Numbered from the whole stretch's first letter, positions 11,046-23,099 are shown. The stretch: 63,751 nt of DNA, filler included, from Octopus bimaculoides (GCF_001194135.2; 4 parts of 4 records of this genome joined end to end with filler, not necessarily neighbours in it); one strand, 5' to 3'. Notes: generated by a model not told the origin, from the sequence alone. Numbers and translations: made by a program.

Positions 11046-11750
11046 CATTGGAGAACATGGGTTTTGTTGTCTGGTGTTGGAGATGTATTTCCTAGTAATT
11101 TTGAGGTGCTGATTTCAAAAATGAAATCCATTTTGCTCTACCATGTCAAGATTTTTGACAAACTCAAATGTCCATTTTTCAAAATTTCTGATATTATCAC
11201 CATATTACAACATAAGTCTAAAAGTGCATTTTCTGCACAGTCATCTGGACTACTTCCCTGAAAATCATAATGCAATAAGTAAGGAGCAAGGAGAAAAATT
11301 CCACCAAGACATCGAGACCGTGGAGACTGAATATCAGGTAGATGGAACACAAACATAATGGCTCACTACTGCTAGTCTCTGCCAAGTGACAGTCGTGATG
11401 CAAATTATTCACACAAAGCAGCAAAGAGAAAGTTCATTCTCTTAATAGCTCCATTCTGACAGAAATATCTATCCTAGGATGTGTAATTAAACATTTTGTG
11501 TAATATATTTGTTAAACAACAAAAAGTTTAGTATCATTTGGTTTGTGTTAGTTTCTTATTTCAGTATTACATTTAATAACAACATTAAAATGTTTTTGGT
11601 AAAAAAAAAACTGAATTCCTGTTTAACAAAAAAACTTGACATGATAGAAAATTTCTGAGGGTATTTCTGAACACAGCACCACCAAATTAGGTAGAATGAA
11701 TTGTAAAAAGCAAGACAAGTAAAAAATTTTTTTGAAAATGTTCCCCGGTT
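11046..11750 (+). mobile_element. Non-autonomous Chapaev3-like (CMC) DNA transposon retaining the transposase C-terminus
   Basis: The peptide ISLKVHFLHSHLDYFPENHNAISKEQGEKFHQDIETVETEYQ/GRWNTNIMAHYC matches the SLKxHFLHSHLDxFPEN...GERFHQDI motif. Inverted subterminal repeats lie at 11085-11160 and 11628-11700; the termini are cattggagaacat and atgttccccggtt. Confidence 0.7.
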
Positions 11751-11829
11751 ATCAATAAAATAATAAAAACAGCTGACCAGCCCTATTACTTACGGATAAA
11801 CAATGCAACTGTGCTTATTCAGAGAGTAA

Positions 11830-11962
11830 GCTGCAGGGGAAAAAACTTGAGGTGATAGAAGAAAACTGAGTGTAGTTTTGAAATCAGCATGCTAATTTTA
11901 GTCTAAAATCAAGGGAAAAGGCAAACTCAACAGAAATTATGTTAAAAAATGTTCTTCTGTGT
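11830..11962 (+). mobile_element. Second Chapaev3-like right-terminus fragment
   Basis: aaaaaacttgaggtgatagaag...gaaatcagca...aatgttcttctgtg parallels 11630-11750. Confidence 0.5.
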
Positions 11963-12035
11963 AATCTTGTTAAGAAGAAATGTTAATCCGAGAAATTGGA
12001 ATGGTTGATTAGATAGTGTTGGCTTTTCAGTTTAA

Positions 12036-12241
12036 CCCTTTAGCATTTAAGCAGGTTCATATCCAGCCTGAATATTCTACTTGTTCTACATTGAAACCCA
12101 CTTGATCAGACCTTTCACACATACCCTACAATGTCATTTTTAAAATAATCACAGCATGGAATCTCGAAGCTACATGATCAATTCGAGGCAATGCAAATAA
12201 ACAAGCATTACACTTACCAGAGTGATTTGAATGCTAAAAGG
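12036..12241. mobile_element. Complete 206-bp piggyBac-type MITE with TTAA target-site duplication
   Basis: ttaa|ccctttagcatt ... aatgctaaaagg|ttaa, with TTAA at 12032-35 and 12242-45. Confidence 0.8.
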
Positions 12242-12242
12242 T

Positions 12243-12418
12243 TAAGAATAAAACAATAAAATTATCCCTGTCTCAATACTCAAGCATTAGCAACAGAGAG
12301 AAAGCACACCTGAACTTGAAGGGTAGTTAATAAGAATAAGACAATAAAATTATCCCTGTCTCAATACTCAAGCATTAGCAACAGAGAGAAAGCACACCTG
12401 AACTTGAAGGGTAGTTAA
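12243..12418. repeat. Direct tandem duplication, 2 x 88 bp
   Basis: Units start at 12243 and 12331 (taagaataa...gggtagttaa) and differ by one substitution. Confidence 0.9.
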
Positions 12419-12597
12419 TAAATATTTTAAAAGATTTTTAGTTATTATTATCACCATTTAAACAATATTTTCCTCCATACTGACATAAACTGGAAATTTC
12501 CTCTATTTCTTACAGCTGTATCACTTATAAACCTAAAGTGATTCAATATTACTGTTATCGGATAAATGAGTTTTGCTCATCTTAAGCCATCTCAATA

Positions 12598-12795
12598 TTG
12601 GTTTCACATGTTGGCACAAGACCAGTAAGTTTGGAGGAGGGTGCATAAGTTGATTACATCAACCTCAGCGCTGGACTGGTACATATTTTATTGACCCTGA
12701 AAGGTTAAGTCAACATCAGTGGAATTCCAACATCAGTGGAATTTCAACTCAAAACAAAGATGTACGAAATGCCACCAAGCATTTTGCCTACAAGA
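12598..12795 (-). mobile_element. Degenerate SINE family B
   Basis: ttggcacaagaccag...actggtacatattttattgaccctgaaagg...gaatttcaactcaaaac. Confidence 0.65.
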
Positions 12796-12864
12796 TATAA
12801 TATTGTCAGACTTTTTTACATTGAGCCTCTATTTTTAAAGCATTTTATTATTATTACAGTTCAT

Positions 12865-13776
12865 TCAGTATGTAGAAAAGGAGTAGGTAGTAACTCTATA
12901 AGATGTACCCGGTGCAAGCTATGGACACATAAGAGGTGCAGCAACATCAAAGGCAGGTTAACTAGCAAGTTTTTATTTGTGGAAGATGTTCAGGTGCAAT
13001 AAAGACTGTAAACAAACAGGAAACAACTTCTATCTCATTCCAGGGTGAAAAACTAGAGGTAGTCGATAGCTTCCTCTATCTGGGCGACCAAGTTAGTAGT
13101 GGGGGTGGGTGCGCTGAAAGTGTAGCTGCTAGAATAAGAATAGCCTGGGCAAAGTTTAGAGAGCTCTTACCCCTGCTGGCGACAAAGGGACTCTCACTCA
13201 GAGTAAAAGGCAGACTGTATGANNNNNNNNNNNNNNNNNNNNNNNNNNNNNNNNNNNNNNNNNNNNNNNNNNNNNNNNNNNNNNNNNNNNNNNNNNNNNN
13301 NNNNNNNNNNNNNNNNNNNNNNNNNNNNNNNNNNNNNNNNNNNNNNNNNNNNNNNNNNNNNNNNNNNNNNNNNNNNNNNNNNNNNNNNNNNNNNNNNNNN
13401 NNNNNNNNNNNNNNNNNNNNNNNNNNNNNNNNNNNNNNNNNNNNNNNNNNNNNNNNNNNNNNNNNNNNNNNNNNNNNNNNNNNNNNNNNNNNNNNNNNNN
13501 NNNNNNGCTGAGGTGGTGAGGCAAGACCTTCGTACATTGGGCCTCACCGAGGCGATGACTACTGACCGAGACCTTTGGAAATGTGCTGTGCGGGTGACAC
13601 GTAAAAGCACCCACTACACTCTCTGAGTGGTTGGTGTTAGGAAGGGCATCCAGCTGTAGAAACTCTGCCAAATTAGATTGGAGCCTGGTGTTGCCATCCG
13701 GTTTCACCAGTCCTCAGTCAAATCGTCCAACCCATGCTAGCATGGAAAGCGGACGTTAAACGATGATGATGATGAT
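12865..13776 (+). mobile_element. Young 5'-truncated RTE-clade LINE (RT C-terminus, 3'UTR, (GAT)n tail), interrupted by an N gap
   Basis: CRKGVGSNSIRCTRCKLWTHKRCSNIKGRLT then EKLEVVDSFLYLGDQVSSGGGCAESVAARIRIAWAKFRELLPLLATKGLSLRVKGRLY. The tail is gttaaacgatgatgatgatgat. Confidence 0.9.
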
Positions 13777-14125
13777 TCGCCTATGTAAAAATATTATAGC
13801 AATTTGGTTACCACAAGATCATTGAAGAATTACAAAGAACATAAGCACACTGAATAAATACAATAATTCTGTGTAAAACAAGATGGACAAACAAAATAAT
13901 AAAAAGCATAGATGTAACATAATTTCATTTTCCCCTCCTCTCTATTTGTCTGTTACTTTGATTCTAGATTATTATATCGTGATATTTGGGGACATGGATG
14001 TTTTATTTCCAAAATATGTTAACTTAAGTAAAATCAGAGGGAATTCTTTAGGCTCCCACCCTACCAAAAACCTAAACAAAAAAGGAGAACAATATCGATC
14101 CCTAATTGTATTATACATTCTATGA

Positions 14126-14318
14126 TATCATACAGACAAAAAAGTAGCCATGAAAACAGCACAAAGATTGGATTTTTATACCCTTTTAGGATGGTATCAG
14201 TTCTGTGACTGTCTGCTAACAACTTTTTCCATCATATAATGGTAAAACACCCAATCTTTCTGCTGTTTTCATGGCTATTCTGTGTTTGAAATATTACTTT
14301 CTTGTCTGTAATATGATA
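14126..14318. repeat. Inverted repeat / fold-back element
   Basis: Arms at 14145-14171 and 14251-14277 are complementary at 26 of 27 positions; outer arms are 14126-14144 and 14297-14318. Confidence 0.85.
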
Positions 14319-14430
14319 GACATTCAACACTTCCAAAAACAAAAAAAGAGTTTGTTTACATATGTTATACATTCTATATTTTCTAAATAAAGGATACCCT
14401 AGTTTTCTCTTTAACACCCACACACACATA

Positions 14431-14610
14431 CACAAGGGGGTACTGGAAAGTTCCTAACTTTGGGTAAAAGAAAATACAGTTAATTAGGATTTTATTCAAC
14501 ATATTCCCTTCTCAGATTCACACACTTGTTGCAACGAGCCTTCAGCTTTTCTAAACCAAGAACTCAGAAGGTTGAGCCGCCAACAAGGCCTTTCATGGTA
14601 CCTTTAAATT
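14431..14610 (+). mobile_element. Mariner-type MITE (family shared with 41995-42175)
   Basis: ta|cacaagggggtactggaaagttcctaactttgggtaaaagaaaatac matches the reverse complement of 42130-42175. Confidence 0.7.
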
Positions 14611-14620
14611 NNNNNNNNNN

Positions 14621-14925
14621 TAGAAAAATGAATACTTTTTAACGAAATTTTTAGTAAATACCTTTCAAATGTTGTAGATTCCAAGAATATAGGAATTCGT
14701 TGGGAAAAACATTTTCTGAGGGGTGGGAAGAGGAGTTTTGGAAAAACTTACACAACCCTACTTTTTTTCCTCATGACTTTCAGAAAAAAGGGTATCTTTT
14801 AATAAAATTTTACAGAAATACCTTTCAAATGGCATAGATTACAATTATATAGAAATTTTGTTGGTAAAAAATTTTTTCCAAACGGCTGGGTAGAGGAGTT
14901 TTGGGAAATTCACACAAAGCCAGTT
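14621..14925. repeat. Diverged ~170-bp tandem duplication (probable DNA-element subterminal repeats)
   Basis: aaatacctttcaaatg..tagatt...gaggagttttgg occurs twice (about 14655-14740 and 14815-14905). Confidence 0.6.
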
Positions 14926-15805
14926 TAATGTTAGGAAAATACTGACTTGCAGAGAACTGCAAGATTTAAATGAGGGAGGTAAATCGCTGAGGGACACCAG
15001 CAACATGAAAATTAAGTCAAGCTAGATTCATTATACTTAATGTAACGAGAAAAGAAAAACCTATTAAATAATAACATGTAAGAAGAAAAGATTAGCTCAA
15101 CGACAATGACTAATATTAATTTAACTTAATCTTGGCAAGTTTGTGTGACAACTCTGAACATGTTTCTATCTTATTAGACCTCCTCAGTAGAGGAGACCTA
15201 ATAGAGCATACTAACCAGATTAGTGATAAGGGAATCACTACGTTGATGTACAATAATGTACAGGAGCAGGTATCAAAAATAGGCAATTTCTAGTTGTGTG
15301 ACACATACTCATGAACATTATTTCAGAATTAGTGAATTAGCTACAAGCAGGAACTGAACCTGGTTCTCAGATTCAGTTTCTAAGAACTTACCACCTAAGC
15401 TATGGTGCTTGCCCATTTGTACAAATACTGTAAAATAAAAGAAAATTGTTTCTATAAATGGAAAAATGGGCAAGATGTGAACAAGTTACATAGCAGCCCA
15501 CACTACAATTTGATATGGTACGCAAAGGTGTCACATCTTTATTCTTATGATTAACCATTTTGTTTTTTTTTGTTTTTGTTTTGTTTTTTCAAATTTTAAT
15601 TTAGCAAATCATAATAGTGATGCATCATCAAAAACAGTACACCACTGACGATTGATGATTGATGTCAGGAAGTTCAGTAAACGTAACACTGAGGAAAACA
15701 AAAAATACGTTTTCAATGAAACTGAATCCATAAATGACCCCTCCCCCAACTGATACACCACAATGTACTAGCTCAGCCACTAAATAAAAAACGCCTAATA
15801 ATGAT

Positions 15806-16016
15806 TTCAAATCTTGGCACAAGGCCAGCAATTTCGAGGGAACAACTAAGTCGATTACATCACCCCCAGTACTCAACTGGTACTTGTTTTATCAATCCTG
15901 AAAGGACGAAAGACAAAGTCGACCTCGGCAGAATTTGAACTCAGAACATGAAGACAGACGAAATGCTGTCAAGCATTTCACCTGGCATGCTAATGATTCT
16001 GCCAGCTCACTGCCTT
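15806..16016 (-). mobile_element. Full-length SINE family B with heavy CpG>TpG/CpA decay
   Basis: gcatttcacctggcatgctaatgattctgccagctcactgcc here, versus gcatttcgcccggcgtgctaac...ctcgccgcc in intergenic copies. Confidence 0.85.
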
Positions 16017-16719
16017 TAAAATAAAAAATAAAAATAAATAAATAAATAAAAAACCTAATAATCCATGATCGAAGAAAGAATAGGTAAGAAAGAAATATTC
16101 TCAAAGTCAAATGCCATGCAAAAAGACGAAAGATTCTCAAATGATAATAAAGAAACAGTAAAGGTGTTACAAACATCTTACAGAATAAAACAGAGCTGGA
16201 CATTCAATTCACAGGCAACAGTCTCTTCAGAAACTTTTGCATTGTTCAAGATACAAAGCTCCTTTCAAAGAGAAGCAGAGTGTGAGACATCTTGGCACAG
16301 CTGTTTTGGTATCACTTATTCAGTGTCGCTAATTTGATGCAGACTTATTTGGACATCAGAAGTTTTAATGTTTTGCTTGTTCTCTCTCTCTCTCTCTCTT
16401 GCTATCCCTCTAAGCATATTTCTCTTTATTCGTATGAGGAGAGAGAAGGTGATTATGTAAGCCATGTTCAATTAATAAATTGTACTGTCTCTCCCTCTTT
16501 CAGTCTTTATGTGTATATTTCTGCAAGCGTGCGTGTGTGTGTGTGTGTGGTCATGCCAAATTTTTTGTGGCCAAACAGCTGTGTCCAATCGTCTCATTCT
16601 AGGCAAGCAATTTAGTATGATATTGGGCAAGTGTATTCTGCTATAACTTTGGGCCAACCAAAGCCTTGGAAGTGGATTTGGTAGACAGAAACTGAAAGAA
16701 GCCTGTCATATGTGTGTGT

Positions 16720-16819
16720 NNNNNNNNNNNNNNNNNNNNNNNNNNNNNNNNNNNNNNNNNNNNTTAATTAATTAANNNNNNNNNNNNNNNNNNNNNNNNN
16801 NNNNNNNNNNNNNNNNNNN
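16720..16819. other. Artificial scaffold join N44-TTAATTAATTAA-N44 (also at 29114-29213 and 38580-38679)
   Basis: The same 100-bp structure appears three times. The 12-mer puts a stop codon in all six frames. Confidence 0.85.
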
Positions 16820-16953
16820 CACACGCACCCATACATACATACATACATACATACATACACGCTACCACTCGCACATACGCACGCATGAATACGTATCATA
16901 TACGCGCTTGTGAATGTATGTGTGCGTGTGTTAATGTATGTGTGTGTGTGTTA

Positions 16954-17297
16954 GGAGTCACAACGGCCCAGTGGTTAGGGCAGCGGACTCGCGGTCATCG
17001 GATCGCGGTTTCGATTCCCAGTCCGGGCATTGTGAGTGTTTATTGAGCGAAAACACCTAAAAGCTCCACGAGGCTCCGGCAGGGGATGGTGGAGAACCCT
17101 GCTGTACTCTTTCACCACAACTTTCTCTCACTCTTACTTCCTGTTTTTGTTGTGCCTGAAATTGAAAGGGTCAGCCTTGTCACAGTGTCACGTTGAATCT
17201 CCCCGAGAACTACGTTAAGGGTACACGTTTCTATGGGGGTGCTCAACCACTTGTACGTTAATTTCACAAGCAGGCTGTTCCAACCGTGACCATCCAA
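16954..17297 (+). mobile_element. tRNA-derived SINE, family C (OR2-like)
   Basis: A box cggcccagtggt (16964) and B box ggtttcgattccc (17007), followed by a non-tRNA body. A 3' fragment of the same family is at about 37725-37780. Confidence 0.75.
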
Positions 17298-18459
17298 TCT
17301 TTTTCCTTATTTACACAGAAGCAAAGACCACATTATCAAGAGTGCAATTTATCTAAAACGGATTAAGGTGGTGCTGGTAGCGTGAATTTTGGCTAAATTT
17401 TGCAGCTCTTTACTGTCTGGTCCTTTCCAACGACTATGTAAAGAAAGGCTCTTTTCCTGTTATACGATCCCGGAAGGTTGAAAGTTAAAAGGTGACTTCG
17501 ATTGGTGTTTGACCTCAGAACTTAAAGGAACAGAACTAATTATCTCTAGTGATTTAATTCGACACTTCACTGTTTCAGTCATCAATCATTATCATCTTCT
17601 TCTTCCTTATCCGGATTAAATGTCATAAATAACAATTAGATAAGCTTCGGCTGACTAAGATCATCTCAAATTCAACGACGTTTTATAAAAACGTGTTATT
17701 GCGGCAATGATCAAAGACGATTATTATAATGGCGCAACGAACAAATAGTTATTATGATTGTGTTTCATTAAGTTTTATAATTGTAATTAAAGCATCATAA
17801 TTACTATGATATCTTGATATTAATTGAGATGTTCCATGTTTGAAAGTTACGAAAAGCAAATTATATTATATTGTCTTTTTTGTTATGTTGTCCGTATCAC
17901 TCCGTCTTTTCAATGGGGACATATTTTTGTTTTTGTGTGTTTGCTTTTAATTTCAACCAATTACAAAAGAAATAAACGTGGAATCAAAAGATACCACAAT
18001 ATTTTTATTTTAAGTATTAAGAAAATATTTGAATATGGCGAGGATGAATCAGGTGAGAGNNNNNNNNNNNNNNNNNNNNNNNNNNNNNNNNNNNNNNNNN
18101 NNNNNNNNNNNNNNNNNNNNNNNNNNNNNNNNNNNNNNNNNNNNNNNNNNNNNNNNNNNNNNNNNNNNNNNNNNNNNNNNNNNNNNNNNNNNNNNNNNNN
18201 NNNNNNNNNNNNNNNNNNNNNNNNNNNNNNNNNNNNNNNNNNNNNNNNNNNNNNNNNNNNNNNNNNNNNNNNNNNNNNNNNNNNNNNNNNNNNNNNNNNN
18301 NNNNNNNNNNNTATAGGCATACAGAGATACATGTACACACACATAGTTTAAATTGGCCGAGCCAGTCTTTTAGTCGGTCAAAGTAAAAGTATTATAAATC
18401 TCAACTATAGTACTTTCTGTCTCTCTCTTCCCTCAGTCAACGCTAAACGGATATACATA

Positions 18460-18480
18460 TACAACTATGTATGTATGCAT

Positions 18481-18551
<71 letters not shown>

Positions 18552-18957
18552 CATACATTATATTTTATATATATGCAAAAGTGAACGTTAATTAAAGTAA
18601 AACCCAAGAGACAAATTAATTAATTGTGTATTTGCCAACAATATTTACATACGTACATATATATATATGCATACTCACATATCCATACATACATACGCAC
18701 ATACATACATACATACATATATATAATATATATATATACACACACATGCGCGCATACGTACCCCACTCCCGCACACTTCAATCAGGCGTTAATGACATCA
18801 GAATTGACCAAAAAAAGGTCCATTAACGTTATTTCATGATTTCTCCACACATCTTTCAATGATGTGAAACGGATTAGGATGGTGATGGGCTTCCTCCTCC
18901 ACCTTTATCACCGTCATCGTCATCTTCATCTTCGTCATTGTCATCGTTGTCATTATT

Positions 18958-19029
<72 letters not shown>

Positions 19030-19223
19030 ATCATCGTCATCCTCCCCCTCATCCTCCCCCTTGTCGTTGTCGTAGTGATTGTCATAATCATCACCACCAT
19101 CTATTCCTCCACCATCATCGCCACCACCACCGTCAACGTCATTGTCATCATAGTCGTCATCATTATCATCATTATCATCGTTGTTGTCATCATTAATATA
19201 TGTATATATATATATATATATAT
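18460..19223. repeat. Compound microsatellites (CA)n, (TA)n, (CAT)n/(CGT)n
   Basis: Read directly from the sequence. Confidence 0.95.
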
Positions 19224-21009
19224 NNNNNNNNNNNNNNNNNNNNNNNNNNNNNNNNNNNNNNNNNNNNNNNNNNNNNNNNNNNNNNNNNNNNNNNNNNNNN
19301 NNNNNNNNNNNNNNNNNNNNNNNNNNNNNNNNNNNNNNNNNNNNNNNNNNNNNNNNNNNNNNNNNNNNNNNNNNNNNNNNNNNNNNNNNNNNNNNNNNNN
19401 NNNNNNNNNNNNNNNNNNNNNNNNNNNNNNNNNNNNNNNNNNNNNNNNNNNNNNNNNNNNNNNNNNNNNNNNNNNNNNNNNNNNNNNNNNNNNNNNNNNN
19501 NNNNNNNNNNNNNNNNNNNNNNNNNNNNNNNNNNNNNNNNNNNNNNNNNNNNNNNNNNNNNNNNNNNNNNNNNNNNNNNNNNNNNNNNNNNNNNNNNNNN
19601 NNNNNNNNNNNNNNNNNNNNNNNNNNNNNNNNNNNNNNNNNNNNNNNNNNNNNNNNNNNNNNNNNNNNNNNNNNNNNNNNNNNNNNNNNNNNNNNNNNNN
19701 NNNNNNATATATATATATATACATACATCCGTAAGTATGATTTAAATCTGTGTCAAATGTCGATTGTTGTGTATGCATGTATGTTTGTATGTCTTTACCT
19801 TTTGTCATACTGTATATTATGTACTTGTGTTTCTAAATATACATGTTCAAATATATGTATTTCTTATGTATCATTGAATAATTGATATTTCCTGGTTATA
19901 CCCAAAATCTCTGTTAACGTGTCGAAAATCTATGCGTATATATAGATATGAATGTATGCATGTATGTATTTCCGATCTTCTTGGATGTCAGTTTTTGGTT
20001 GAGTTCCGTGTAGTGTCATTCAATAATGACGTTCTAATTACCGCTCGCATTTATATTCCATTGCAGATGAAACCTTGGTTACAATGCAGTGTTTGGTTTT
20101 GATTTTATTTCGTGTCCAGACAAACAATTACCACACATTCTCACCGACTGACTATGCATCTACAGTAATGTTTCGATTTTTTGAAACGACGTGTGCCCTA
20201 CGGTAAACGGACAGCGTTAATATAGGAATTATGTGTGAATGTGTGTGCATATATGAGTGTATACACCTATATAAATAACAACGTATGTATATACAGATAT
20301 ATGTGAGCGTGTGTGTGCGTGCCCATGTTCACTGTAACTTCGAACTTTCTGCTTGCTTGCCTCCATGAGAGTACGATTCACCTTGGTTGGTTTTGGCTTT
20401 ATATAGCCCTTTGCAAATAGTTTATTATTTTTATTCTTCGCTAGTTAAGGTGCAATTAGATTGGGGAGGTAGCTGTGTAGGACGTTTCTTTTAATTCACA
20501 AAGCCTCATGTATAATACTATACAAAGCCAAAGAGAATTATTGTATTTGATGTCTTTGATATTATATTTCCTTCTACTCTTCATATACTTATTAATAATG
20601 AATTTTACTTTTTTTCTCCTTTATTAGATTAAATAAAGTACCCGAATTTCATTGCTATTTTCGCTCGTGTTAATTTTCTCTAATCATTAAGTTATTTCCT
20701 AATTGCTTTGAAGAATGCTAACGTCAATACTTAGAGAAAACAATTATTCCTCGCCTATAACGATTAATAAAACAGGTACAACGCTGTTTCCCGTTCCCTT
20801 CATTGATTTGTTACATACAATAAAAGAGTAATGTTACATCTAACACAAGAATCATTCATCCGGAAGATAGAGTAGCTGGGTGCTGAAACATCGATGAACC
20901 TGAGAAGCGTATTGTTGAAAAACTAAATACAGCATTAATAATGAAATATGGACAAACTTTAATAAAAAATATCATTAAACCGAAAAGATGCAAGTACACC
21001 TAATTTTTA

Positions 21010-21081
<72 letters not shown>

Positions 21082-21289
21082 NNNNNNNNNNNNNNNNNNN
21101 NNNNNNNNNNNNNNNNNNNNNNNNNNNNNNNNNNNNNNNNNNNNNNNNNNNNNAAAAAAAAAAAAAAAACAATTTATAAAGATGAATAAATATTTAATAA
21201 CATATGGATTAAGTCCTTTTTACGGACTCTTTTCTTCAGAGCCAGAAGGTGTCCCAGTCATGAACAGTTATTAATACCCTGCAAAGTTC

Positions 21290-21700
21290 AGGTAAATTAC
21301 AGAAGGACGAAGTTTTGCTTTCGAACCTGAGACGGAGCTACAGCTCATGCAGGTATCGTAAGGGCGAATCCAGAAACGGGTCACCCGACTGATTAACATA
21401 TAGTGACTCACAGATGCGCTCTCACCCTTCACCGATAACCCAGCTGTTATCTCTTTCTTTTGTTCCACTTGTATAATAATGGCCTCAACACCTCGAACGC
21501 AGCTGGGCTCATGCCATCTTCCTGCCTTTCTTACCACACCAGTGTTTTGGCCAACAATCCTATCACTCTTAGGACCTGCACTAATAACGACGACCCCGTC
21601 CTTTCTTCCAAGAACATTGGACCTCTCTGGTATTAACTATCTGCCCTTATCTTTTCCGCTGTTGCTGACTAACAAATAGTCTAAATTAACATCATTTGCA
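21290..21700 (+). mobile_element. Decayed CR1/L2-clade LINE RT C-terminal fragment
   Basis: RIQKRVTRLINI**LTDALSP and ..FLPRT..LW..LP remnants are typical of CR1/L2 3' ends. Confidence 0.6.
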
Positions 21701-21991
21701 TCAGTCTCACTGGCATAGAAAAGACTCAAACATTACCAATTCTTCAAGATATAGCAAGCAAAAATACTAACAAAAAATAACCCAGATAGGTTTTGGTCAT
21801 TACTGATCCCCACCATGTCAAACTTAACAACAGCACTTGGTATAGATTTTTAAGCTGTGTTAGGGCATCACAGACAACATGAACAGAGAGTTGTTGATTG
21901 TGGAGTCGTATCTGGATGTCGGAGGTTTGTCTGGTATACCGTTAGAATGGTATGGGCAAGTCTTTGTCTTCTTCATATCTCAATGAATATT

Positions 21992-22388
21992 CTTTTCTAC
22001 TCTAGGCACAAGGCCCTAAATTTTGGAAGAAGGAACCAGTCAATTAGATCGACCCAGTACGCAACTGGTACTTAATTTATCAACCCTGAAAGGATGAAAG
22101 GCAAAGTCGACCTCGGCGGAATTTGAACTCGGAACGTAAAGACAGACGAAATACCTATTTCTTTACTGCCCACAAGGGGCTACACACAGAGGGGACAAAC
22201 AAGGACAGACAAACGGATTAAGTCGATTATATCGACCCCAGTGCGTAACTGGTACTTAATTTATCGACCCCGAAAGGATGAAAGGCAAAGTCGACCTCGA
22301 CGGAATTTGAACTCAGAACGTAAAGACAGACGAAATACCGCTAAGCATTTCGCCCGGTGTGCTAACGTGTGTGCCAGCTCGCCGCCTT
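21992..22388 (-). mobile_element. Dimeric SINE family B insertion with a 17-bp TSD
   Basis: Two family-B units in tandem are bracketed by atatctcaatgaatatt at 21975-21991 and 22389-22405. Confidence 0.85.
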
Positions 22389-22689
22389 ATATCTCAATGA
22401 ATATTATCATTCATTTCTTACCTTTATACGTTTTGGTAGTCTCTATAACTTCTAGTTCATCTAAGTATGCCTTATGCTTTAATTTTTCCTAACAGCTTAG
22501 TTTTCGTAAAACTTACAAATTATCCGTTCTTCCTATATTTAAAGTCATCCAAGCTGTTTAACGCACGGAAACTCTTCCTCCAGATTACATATATTAAGAG
22601 TTTTCAGTCTGAATTCTCGTCACTCCGACGTTTTCGCAAGATGAAACGATACATATTTTTTGTAAGTAATTTAAATTTCAGCAACATAG

Positions 22690-22741
<52 letters not shown>

Positions 22742-22766
22742 GTGCCCGTTCTCTGTGTACGCACGC

Positions 22767-22803
<37 letters not shown>

Positions 22804-23054
22804 AAATCTTTCGTAACTAAGTAATTTAGCTTTAGCAATATGTATGTATTTGATATACATATATATATANNNNNNNNNNNNNNNNNNNNNNNNNNNNNNN
22901 NNNNNNNNNNNNNNNNNNNNNNNNNNNNNNNNNNNNNNNNNNNNNNNNNNNNNNNNNNNNNNNNNNNNNNNNNNNNNNNNNNNNNNNNNNNNNNNNNNNN
23001 NNNNNNNNNNNNNNNTATGATAACACAAACAGCCACAAAGACACTCATACACGT

Positions 23055-23099
<45 letters not shown>

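Noticed and set aside
16764-16775. TTAATTAATTAA palindrome recurring three times (16764, 29158, 38624)
   Set aside because: It is always centred in 44 N + 44 N and is a six-frame stop linker inserted by the assembly, not biology.
16954-17030. tRNA-like sequence with A and B boxes
   Set aside because: It has no complete cloverleaf or acceptor stem and runs into a SINE body, so it is a SINE head rather than a tRNA gene. The same applies to family A and B heads.
18834-19196. Poly-His/Asp/Met/Thr ORFs here and at 23406-24095, 34341-35211, 40442-41303 and 46785-47322
   Set aside because: All are translations of trinucleotide microsatellites that are open in several frames on both strands, with no flanking coding context.
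20067-20202. Plus-strand AG...GT bounded open frame (DETLVTMQCLVLILFRVQT...)
   Set aside because: The donor is weak, there are no compatible neighbouring exons and no motif is recognisable.
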